From Clostridia bacterium (GTDB lineage Bacteria > Bacillota > Clostridia > Oscillospirales > CAG-272), in assembly GCA_017503285.1 (NCBI GenBank), contig JAFVTH010000011.1, positions 37,556 through 101,555 on the forward strand: a stretch of 64,000 bases of DNA. Reading direction: 5' to 3'. The notes below the pieces were generated by a model. It was not told the DNA's origin and did not search any database. It saw only the letters and a program-made list of their open reading frames with translations. The translations under genes were made by a program, and so were the position numbers. Of the stretch, positions 9,615 to 17,750 are shown piece by piece; position 1 is the stretch's first letter, and every line of letters starts with the position of its first letter.

Positions 9615-10829
9615 GTGAAATTAAGTATTATTACATGTGTCTGCAATACTAGCATAGAATATGTTGACGCATGCCTAAGGAGCATAAAAAACTCCACCCT
9701 TAAGGAAGGGGAATATGAGGTTATCTTGGTTGACGACGGCTCACAGGTGGACTACACCAAAATCAGAAAAAAGTACAACCCTGTGTATGTTAAAACAGAA
9801 AACAGAGGACACTTGGCGGCAAGACTCTTCGGTATTATGCTTGCTCGCGGAGAGTATATCACATTTGTTGATTCGGATGATACAGTATCGGCAAACTATC
9901 ACGCGCCAATGCTTGCTTGCGCAGAAAAACAGGGATGCGATATGGTTCTTGGCGACTGGGCATTTTTAAGCGGAAAAACAAGAGCATATCCAAAAAACGA
10001 TATTGTAATTAAGGAAGATATCGACTTAAAGGGAGACGAGGCGCTTGATTTTTATTTCAGCGCCGAGGGTAAATTCCATTCAGTATTCGTGCTTTGGAAC
10101 AAGCTTTTCAAAAGAGAGCTTTTGCTAAGGGCTAAGGCAGAAATTGAAAAAACCAACGCAATTATGTCCCGCTATACATATTCCGAGGATGCGCTTATTA
10201 CATTCTTTGCCTACAAAAATGCAAAGCATATAAAAAATGTGCATACAGGCTACTATTTCTATCGCACACATGCGGGTCAGGGCGTGATGGCAGAGGGCTT
10301 TGACAGTCTTGCTTCCAAAATTGCCCATATGACCTCAACACTAAATATTATGGAAGCGCACACAGAAAATGACAGCCATAAAAACGGCATATGTGCTTGG
10401 CGTGGCATTATGGCAAGAGCGCACTATTCCCACGCAAAGGGTCAAGGCTTAAAATCCCTTTATCCATTGATTTTGGACAAGTATAAGCAGGAAAAATTAC
10501 AGGCTTCAAAGCCAAGCGACGACTATGGATACATGGCAACAGGGCTAATTGCAAGCAACCTTGAGGATATAGACAGCGCGCTTGTGAAAATTACAAAAGA
10601 AGAGGACCCTGTGTACGTTAATTACGATAAAAAGGACTCCTACGTGGTAAATTTCTTCCGCGAAACGGGCAAGGCTGTTGTTTATCTTGACACAGCAAAG
10701 CACTATGTTCCAAGGGCGCAAATTTCTACAAAGGATAAAATCACACACTCTCCGCTTGCATACTTTATTGCTTTAAGGCTTTTCAAAAAAGGCTCAAAGG
10801 CAAGAAAAAAATTGAAGGGTAAGGTGTAA
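9615..10829 (+). CDS. Family-2 glycosyltransferase with ~170-aa C-terminal extension
   Basis: GTG start behind AGAGGTAG. Motifs SIITCVCN, VILVDDGS and FVDSDD are the GT-A DxD signature. Confidence 0.8.
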   Translation: MKLSIITCVCNTSIEYVDACLRSIKNSTLKEGEYEVILVDDGSQVDYTKIRKKYNPVYVKTENRGHLAARLFGIMLARGEYITFVDSDDTVSANYHAPMLACAEKQGCDMVLGDWAFLSGKTRAYPKNDIVIKEDIDLKGDEALDFYFSAEGKFHSVFVLWNKLFKRELLLRAKAEIEKTNAIMSRYTYSEDALITFFAYKNAKHIKNVHTGYYFYRTHAGQGVMAEGFDSLASKIAHMTSTLNIMEAHTENDSHKNGICAWRGIMARAHYSHAKGQGLKSLYPLILDKYKQEKLQASKPSDDYGYMATGLIASNLEDIDSALVKITKEEDPVYVNYDKKDSYVVNFFRETGKAVVYLDTAKHYVPRAQISTKDKITHSPLAYFIALRLFKKGSKARKKLKGKV

Positions 10830-10831
10830 AA

Positions 10832-11638
10832 ATGAAAAAGCTTACTGTTTTACTTTCTCTTGCGCTTGTTATTGCATCACTTTTTGTTCTTGTGTCCTGT
10901 GACGGTGGCGCACCACAGGAAAAATCCTACACCGTAGAGCTTGAGACTGCAAATGGCAAGGTGCTTTCCGGCGCAGTCATAGAATTTGTTGACGAAAACG
11001 GCGCGTTTTTAGATTATAAGGAAATATCCACAGAAAACAAGGCTACCTCAAAGCCACTTAGTGGCAAGGTGCTTGCAAAAATTTCCGATCTACCCCTTGG
11101 ATATGTAGTGTCAAATAGCACGGTAGAGCTAACAGAGGAAGCAACCAAAATTAGTGTTAATACAGAAATAATCAAAAATTACGAGGAGCTACCAAATAGC
11201 CTGTCAGTTGGAGATGTAATGTACGATTTTACATTTACCGACCTTGACGGAAACAGTTACACCCTTTCACAGGTGCTGGAAAGCAAGAAAATGGTGCTTC
11301 TAAACTTCTGGTATTCAACCTGTATGCCCTGTAAGCAGGAATTTCCTGCATTAAACAAGGTTTATCTTGATAACAAGGAAAACGCACTTGTTTTAGGTCT
11401 TAACACCACAGACAACAATTTTTCATCCTTTAAGGACAATTTCGACCCAGCACTTTCAATTCCGCTTTGCAAGGCAGACCTAGAGGTAGAAAGCCTTTTT
11501 GCCCAGGGCCACTCAGGCAACTGGGGCGCGCCTGCCACCGTGGTTATTGACCAAAACGGCATTGTTGCCCTTGTCCACGTTGGACCTATGACCGAGGCTG
11601 AATTTGAAAGCCTCTTTGCCACCTACATCGGCGAGTAA
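10832..11638 (+). CDS. Lipoprotein: prealbumin/Cna-B-like module + TlpA/ResA-like thioredoxin domain (CMPC)
   Basis: Lipobox LVSC. Motif LLNFWYSTCMPCKQEFPAL (CxxC at 11321..11332). The start lies 2 nt after the GT2 stop. Confidence 0.75.
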   Translation: MKKLTVLLSLALVIASLFVLVSCDGGAPQEKSYTVELETANGKVLSGAVIEFVDENGAFLDYKEISTENKATSKPLSGKVLAKISDLPLGYVVSNSTVELTEEATKISVNTEIIKNYEELPNSLSVGDVMYDFTFTDLDGNSYTLSQVLESKKMVLLNFWYSTCMPCKQEFPALNKVYLDNKENALVLGLNTTDNNFSSFKDNFDPALSIPLCKADLEVESLFAQGHSGNWGAPATVVIDQNGIVALVHVGPMTEAEFESLFATYIGE

Positions 11639-11640
11639 AA

Positions 11641-11676
11641 AACAAAAGAGCGAGGCACTTGCCTTGCTCTTTTTTG
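11641..11676 (+). terminator. Rho-independent terminator
   Basis: Hairpin agagcgaggc-actt-gccttgctct followed by TTTTTT. Confidence 0.7.
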
Positions 11677-11888
11677 TTTGAAATTATGTATTTTTGTTAA
11701 ATTTTAATGAATTAAAAGGGTAAAGCTTGTAAGATTATAGACACAGGGTGGGCATTTTTTAACTTGCCGTGTCCACAAGTGGTAGACAAGTGTAGGCAAA
11801 AACTTGACAACTTTTATTTTTTATGATATTATAATATGCGACTATTTTATTTTAATACGTAAATAATATATTTAGGAGAATTAAATTT

Positions 11889-14800
11889 ATGAAAATGAAA
11901 AGAGTGGTTTCACTGCTAATTGCAATGCTACTTTTGTTTAGCGTTGCTTTCCAGCTTGTTTCCTGCGGTGGTGACGGGGACAACGGAGATGGCGGTAACT
12001 CGGGCGAGCCACCTGCCGGCACACCTACAACCTATACCTTTGAGGTTAAGTCTATTGGCGGCATGCCTCTTAAGGACGTTTTGGTTGAGATTTACGACGC
12101 AAATGGCGACCTTGCTGCAAGAGGTCAGAGAACAAATTCCACAGGTATAGCTTCAATTTCCTGTAATGCAGGCACATACACAGCAAAGCTTTCCAACGTT
12201 CCTGAGGGATATGTTGTAAACGAGGCTGGCTATAAGGTATCTGCAAACGGCAACCCAATTGTACTTACCTCCAAGGTTATTGACAACATGGACCTTGACG
12301 GGGTTGAATACAAGGTTGGCGACATTATGCGTGACTTTGAGCTTACAACCATTGATGGAAAGACCTGGAAGCTTTCTGAGGTTCTAAAGGACAAGAAGGC
12401 AGCAGTTCTTAACTTCTGGTACACAACCTGTACCTACTGCATTGGCGAGTTTCCACATATGGAAAACGCATACAACACATACAAGGATAAGCTTGGACTT
12501 ATTGCAATTAACGGTAACTCTCAAGAGGACGTTTTTGATGTTAAGAGCTTCGTTGATGAATTTAAGGACAGATATTATGCTTACTACCCGGTAGCTGATG
12601 CGAACGATAAGGAGGATCTAAAGCTCTCCTTCCCGGTTGCTAAGGATAGCCAAACAAACCCGGTTGAGGAGGCGTTTGCTGCTCCATATGGCGACTCTTG
12701 GGGTAACCCGGTTACAGTTATTGTTGACCGCTACGGCGTTATAACAATGATTTACCTGGGCGCAATTCCATCTGAAAGACACTTCAACACAATTTTTGAC
12801 TACTACACAAGTGATGAATATAAGCAGATGCTTATTGAAACAGAAGAGGATCTTAAAAACCTTGTTCCTACAGAAAAGCCTGACATTGAGCTTCCTGAGG
12901 ACCACTATCAGCAGCTTGAGGACGTGCTTGTAAAGAACGAGGACCAAAAGGACAAATTCACCTTCGAGGCTGAAACAGGCAGTGATGCTGAATATGCTTG
13001 GCCGTTTATCATTATCGACAGAGAAGGCGAAAGCGTTGCTACAACCTCTAACACAGGCAAGGATTCATCTTATTCTATCCTGCACGCAAAGGTAGAGCTT
13101 AAGGCAGGCGAGGCTATTAAGTTTGAGTATTTTGCATCTATGCAAGCGCTTTACGACACCTTCTACGTTCTTGTAAACGAGGAGGATATTTATACAATTT
13201 CATCTAAAAATACCGAGTGGGTTGGCTGTTGCCCATGGGTTGCAAGCGAGGATGGGGTTTATGACGTTGTTCTCCTATACCTTAAGGACCTATCCGGCGA
13301 AAACGGAGAGGACGCAGTTCACCTAAGAGGCTTTGAAATTGTAAATGCCGAGGATCTTGACATTGAGGCATATATCCCAAGAGATGCTGCAACAAATCCA
13401 AACGCAACAAACAGCGACTTTACAAGCTACGCAACTGTTGTTCTTGGTAGCGACGGCTACTATCACGTAGGCACAGAGGATGGACCTATCCTTATGGCAA
13501 GCCTACTTAACTACTCCAACCTTTCAAACAGCTTCAGCGTTTCTGAAAAGCTTTATGAAACATATGAGGAAGCAAGCGACGCCGGCGTGTTTATGGTTAA
13601 CGGCGAAAACAAGTTTGACGCATTTATCCAATACTGTAACTACGCTTCAAACGCAAAAATTTACGGTTATTGCAGCGTTACAGAGGAGCTAAAGACTCTT
13701 CTTGACGAGTTTGCAAAGCAATACGGCTTTGGCGATTACCACGCAAACAAGTGGCTCCAGCTCTGCTCCTACTATGAGGTTTACGGCAAGGATAGCGAGG
13801 GCAATCCTGCAAAGGAGCTTGGTGACATTATTTCCGGTCTTGCAACATTCTCTGCACCAAAGATTGACTTTACACCTGTTATTGACGAGGTAAATCCTGA
13901 AAACAACATTCTTGTTTCTGAGGATTACTACTTCTCCTATGACAGAGTTATTATGCCAAGAGGCTATATGTATGCATTTACACCAACCGTTTCTGGTGTA
14001 TATCGCTTCACATCAAGCAGTGTAAACGAGGTTGTTGGCTGGATTTTCACAGGCAGCCACGAAAATTGGATTGAGCTTGGCGACAGAGTTCTTTATTTGG
14101 ACGGCGACCAGGGCGAAAGATATTGCACCGAGCTTTTGGTTCAGAAGCCGGATGGCACATACGAGAGAGACTTTACCAACGTTTCTATGGTTGCTGAGCT
14201 TGAGGCAGGCAAAACCTACTACATTGATTTTGCTTACTACGATGTATATCAAACAGGCTCATTTAGCATTAACGTAAAATTTGTTGGACATAGCTTTGCA
14301 CATTTCAAGGCTGCATCTCCGGGCTTCTTCACCTACGAGGAAACACAGGATGGCAGTGTTGGTGACTATATTGTTGGCGGCATTAATGTTGAGCTTTGCA
14401 CCGATGAGAGCGATGAAAGATATGGCTACTACTGCCATAAGCTTCCAAATGGCGAGCTTGGCTCCATAATCTACGCAGACTTTATCTACGGAACAAACAT
14501 TTTCCCATCTAACACAATTAAGGGCATGATTGAAAATGGCGCCTTCGATTTCAGTAAAACCGAAATAGATAACGAGGGCTTGACTATTCTTGCAAACAAT
14601 ACCCTTGATGAGCTTAAGGAAACATGGGGCGCAGACTACGACTACTGGTATGAGTTCTATCAATTTGATGACCTTCAAAACGGCATTTACCACGGTAGAG
14701 GACAGGATTTGACCGATGATATTAGCGCATACCTCGATAAGCTTATAGACGATAATGATCATCCTGAGCTTAAAGGCTGTGTTGCTGTTGACGAGGAGCT

Positions 14801-14897
14801 TGCATCCATTTTGCAAAAGCTTGTTGACAAGTTCTCCTTCCAGGTAAACGGCTCTTGGACAAAGGTTTGCTATTATTATGACTATCTCGGCGAGTAA
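11889..14897 (+). CDS. 1002-aa modular lipoprotein: prealbumin-like module, TlpA-like thioredoxin domain (CTYC), large Cys-containing C-terminal region
   Basis: Lipobox LVSC plus a G/D-rich linker. Motif LNFWYTTCTYCIGEFPHM (CxxC at 12429..12440). It shares the DGYYHVGTEDGP module with the next gene. Confidence 0.7.
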   Translation: MKMKRVVSLLIAMLLLFSVAFQLVSCGGDGDNGDGGNSGEPPAGTPTTYTFEVKSIGGMPLKDVLVEIYDANGDLAARGQRTNSTGIASISCNAGTYTAKLSNVPEGYVVNEAGYKVSANGNPIVLTSKVIDNMDLDGVEYKVGDIMRDFELTTIDGKTWKLSEVLKDKKAAVLNFWYTTCTYCIGEFPHMENAYNTYKDKLGLIAINGNSQEDVFDVKSFVDEFKDRYYAYYPVADANDKEDLKLSFPVAKDSQTNPVEEAFAAPYGDSWGNPVTVIVDRYGVITMIYLGAIPSERHFNTIFDYYTSDEYKQMLIETEEDLKNLVPTEKPDIELPEDHYQQLEDVLVKNEDQKDKFTFEAETGSDAEYAWPFIIIDREGESVATTSNTGKDSSYSILHAKVELKAGEAIKFEYFASMQALYDTFYVLVNEEDIYTISSKNTEWVGCCPWVASEDGVYDVVLLYLKDLSGENGEDAVHLRGFEIVNAEDLDIEAYIPRDAATNPNATNSDFTSYATVVLGSDGYYHVGTEDGPILMASLLNYSNLSNSFSVSEKLYETYEEASDAGVFMVNGENKFDAFIQYCNYASNAKIYGYCSVTEELKTLLDEFAKQYGFGDYHANKWLQLCSYYEVYGKDSEGNPAKELGDIISGLATFSAPKIDFTPVIDEVNPENNILVSEDYYFSYDRVIMPRGYMYAFTPTVSGVYRFTSSSVNEVVGWIFTGSHENWIELGDRVLYLDGDQGERYCTELLVQKPDGTYERDFTNVSMVAELEAGKTYYIDFAYYDVYQTGSFSINVKFVGHSFAHFKAASPGFFTYEETQDGSVGDYIVGGINVELCTDESDERYGYYCHKLPNGELGSIIYADFIYGTNIFPSNTIKGMIENGAFDFSKTEIDNEGLTILANNTLDELKETWGADYDYWYEFYQFDDLQNGIYHGRGQDLTDDISAYLDKLIDDNDHPELKGCVAVDEELASILQKLVDKFSFQVNGSWTKVCYYYDYLGE

Positions 14898-14910
14898 TTA
14901 GTTTCAAAAA

Positions 14911-14934
14911 TGCCACGGCGCCTTTGCCGTGGCA
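14911..14934 (+). terminator. Intercistronic 9-bp-stem hairpin (weak terminator or processing site)
   Basis: Hairpin tgccacggc-gccttt-gccgtggca followed only by TTTAC, so the U-tract is poor. Confidence 0.3.
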
Positions 14935-14952
14935 TTTACAAAAGAGGATTTT

Positions 14953-16485
14953 ATGAAAAAAATTATATTAATGCTTCTTGCGGGTGTTTTATTCGTTCTA
15001 TGCCTCGCATCCTGCGGCGGCGACCAGGACCCAACCTATACTGTTACAGTAAAGGATGCCTTTGGCAATGTGCCCGACAAGACTATTTATGTAGAGATTT
15101 ACCAGCCGGCAGAGGACGGCACGGAGACCTTTGTTAAGTTTCTAAAGGCAAACGAGCAGGGTGTTTGCTCCGTAACTCTACCTAAGGCAAGCTATACCTT
15201 CAAAATTTCCACAGCAGATGGGGAAATCAACTACGACAAGACAAGCTGTCACTTTACAGACGAAATTTTATCAAGGGAGGTTGTTGTATATAACGCACCC
15301 GAGGGTGGCATTGATATTACAGCCCCCACAGAGGACGGCTTTGAGGATGTAAAAGCCCCACTTGTTACCGTTGGTGCAACCTATGTGGAGCTTGAGGGTA
15401 ACACATATTTGATTTTCGTGCCGGAAAAGAGTGGCTTTTACAAATTCACCTGTCAGGGCGGCACACTTGAATATCGTGGCGGTACTCACTTTGTTCAAGC
15501 CCAACACGCAGTTGGCAGAGAACAGGACGGCTCCTTTGAAATTGAGGTTAAAAACGGTGGCATAGGCACAGGAGAAACAGGCACAACCAGTCTTGTGCTT
15601 TGCGTTTTACCCGATGACAACAGCACCGGCGCTATCGTTACCATTGAAAGGACTAAGGATGCAACTGTTGATGTTCCATATGATGAAAAGCAGGCAACAG
15701 AGGTATCAAGGGACCCTTATGTTTACGATCTTCTAAACTACCTTATTAAGGACATTGACATAACCGATAAGAGCCTTACTGTTGTTAAGGGACAGGACGG
15801 CTACTATCACATAGGAGATGAAAACGGACCTGTTGTTTATATCAGAATCTCCACAGCAAGCCCATATCTTGCATCCTTTAAGGAAATTTGTGACAAAACA
15901 AGCATAGCTTGTATTGAAAAAAATGCAGATGGCGAAATTATCTTAAAGGAGCGCTATAACGATCTTATTTTGGCTTATGCGGAAAAGTGCGATAAGGCAG
16001 GCATTTGTCCGCTTACTGATGAGCTGAAGTATGTTATCGAAAAGGCCGGCGCGTACTATGGCTGGTTCACAGGCGAGAATAATATTTTCAGTGTATATGA
16101 GGAAGCGCCGGACGGCACAGTTACCGAAAAGCCAATTCTAGGTATAGTTGATAAAAACGCATGGCTCTTTGCCTGCTGTTATCTTGAAAAGGGTACAATC
16201 GGTACAAGTCAGCTGCCAATCAGCATAGCTCCCGTTACAGCTGATGATGAGGGCAATATACCAACCTACAGCGTGCTTCTTAAGGATGAAAGCGCATTCT
16301 TTAGCGTAAGCGCCGGCGGTAAGCTTACCTTGGAAGCTGTTGAGGGCGTTACCCTTACATACGGTGGCAACGAGATAACACCGGTTGATGGCAAAATTAC
16401 ACTTACAATTTCCGGTGCGGACAGCTTTAGCATTACAGTAGCAGGAAATAAGACAGTTACATTTACATACGAGGTTATAAAATGA
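14953..16485 (+). CDS. Modular lipoprotein, paralogous to parts of 11889..14897
   Basis: ATG at 14953 behind AAAGAGGA. Lipobox LASC. Modules TYTVTVKD..., SGFYKFT and DGYYHIGDENGP are shared with neighbouring genes. Confidence 0.6.
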   Translation: MKKIILMLLAGVLFVLCLASCGGDQDPTYTVTVKDAFGNVPDKTIYVEIYQPAEDGTETFVKFLKANEQGVCSVTLPKASYTFKISTADGEINYDKTSCHFTDEILSREVVVYNAPEGGIDITAPTEDGFEDVKAPLVTVGATYVELEGNTYLIFVPEKSGFYKFTCQGGTLEYRGGTHFVQAQHAVGREQDGSFEIEVKNGGIGTGETGTTSLVLCVLPDDNSTGAIVTIERTKDATVDVPYDEKQATEVSRDPYVYDLLNYLIKDIDITDKSLTVVKGQDGYYHIGDENGPVVYIRISTASPYLASFKEICDKTSIACIEKNADGEIILKERYNDLILAYAEKCDKAGICPLTDELKYVIEKAGAYYGWFTGENNIFSVYEEAPDGTVTEKPILGIVDKNAWLFACCYLEKGTIGTSQLPISIAPVTADDEGNIPTYSVLLKDESAFFSVSAGGKLTLEAVEGVTLTYGGNEITPVDGKITLTISGADSFSITVAGNKTVTFTYEVIK

Positions 16486-17687
16486 AAAGATTTTTATTGA
16501 TTTTAAGCATAATGATGCTTGTTTTGTGCCTTGGCGTTTGCCTTGTGGCTTGTGGCGGTGGCGGAGATGAAAACCCACCGGCAGAAACAGGCACAGGCAC
16601 GGGAACAGGCGAAACAAACGGTGGTAACACCGACACTAGCATTACTTATACTGTTACAGTTGTTGACCAGCTTGGCAACCCAATCGAGGGTGTTAATTTG
16701 CAGGTTTGCCACGGCGAGGGTGCAGGTAGCTGTCTAAGAGCAGGGGTTACAGACGCAAACGGCATAAAGACATATTCCGTTAAGGAGGCTCTTGTTAGCC
16801 CAAGAGTGCTTATTAACTCAGCACCGGAAAACTCCGTTTACTCAAGCGAGTATATTTATTTCGACGAGGGCAAAACAGAAATTACCGTTACAGTTGAGCT
16901 AAAGAGCAAGTACACCTTTAGCGTAGCTAACGAGGACGGCACAGTAAAGTATAGTGGCGTTAAGTTCTTTATTTATTCGAGCGCTGAAGGCTCTGTTCTT
17001 GTCGGCCAGGGCGAAAGCGACGAAAATGGTGTTGCAACCGTAGTTGTTGACCCGGGCGAATACTACATTGTGGTAGAGCATCCAAACGATGCGTTTGTGC
17101 TTAAAAACGGCACAAACGGTAACATAGTTACAAATATTGAGGGCTTTGCCTTTAATGCGGTTTTCGAGGAAACAACAGAGAATATTGATTATGCAGTTTT
17201 TGCAAAGGACACGGATGACGCACCTGTTGCGGGCGTGATTGTTAGATTCTTTAGCGATAGCTTTACTTATCTTTGCGAAGGAACGACAGATGAAAACGGC
17301 AAGGCGACAGTTAGCCTTCCAAACGGCAAATATTATGCCTACGCTTTATGCGAGGACAAAAGCGCATCTGCAGTTGTTTTTGAGAAAAACCAGTCAAACG
17401 AGGGTGAGTCTGTAGTTACAAACAGCAAGCCCGGCACCTTTAAGAGCAATGCCATAATGATTCTTAGCTCACGTATCTCTGATATGGCAAAGGGTGAGTA
17501 TTGGTTCTATGTGCCGGATGCAGAAAACTACAAAATTGTTGTAAGTAAAGATAACGGTGTTACGGTTTCAACCACTGACGGCACAGTTACAGATAACACA
17601 ATCGTTTTCGACAAAAAGGACGGTTATTTCAAGCTAAAGGTTATTGGTGACAATACCGGTGTTACCATTGAAAGAGTAGAAAAATAA
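16482..17687 (+). CDS. Lipoprotein with three prealbumin/Cna-B-like repeats
   Basis: ATGA overlap with the upstream stop. Lipobox LVAC and a (GT)n linker. Repeats of the form TD.NG.AT..L..G.Y. Confidence 0.6.
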   Translation: MKRFLLILSIMMLVLCLGVCLVACGGGGDENPPAETGTGTGTGETNGGNTDTSITYTVTVVDQLGNPIEGVNLQVCHGEGAGSCLRAGVTDANGIKTYSVKEALVSPRVLINSAPENSVYSSEYIYFDEGKTEITVTVELKSKYTFSVANEDGTVKYSGVKFFIYSSAEGSVLVGQGESDENGVATVVVDPGEYYIVVEHPNDAFVLKNGTNGNIVTNIEGFAFNAVFEETTENIDYAVFAKDTDDAPVAGVIVRFFSDSFTYLCEGTTDENGKATVSLPNGKYYAYALCEDKSASAVVFEKNQSNEGESVVTNSKPGTFKSNAIMILSSRISDMAKGEYWFYVPDAENYKIVVSKDNGVTVSTTDGTVTDNTIVFDKKDGYFKLKVIGDNTGVTIERVEK

Positions 17688-17701
17688 TTTATCAAAATAA
17701 C

Positions 17702-17741
17702 AAAAAACAGACACTCCCCCGAGGGAAGTGTCTGTTTTTTT
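17702..17741. terminator. Bidirectional terminator (CAGACAC...GTGTCTG family)
   Basis: The sequence aaaaaacagacactcccccgagggaagtgtctgttttttt lies between convergent operons. Confidence 0.8.
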
Positions 17742-17750
17742 ATGCTTTTA

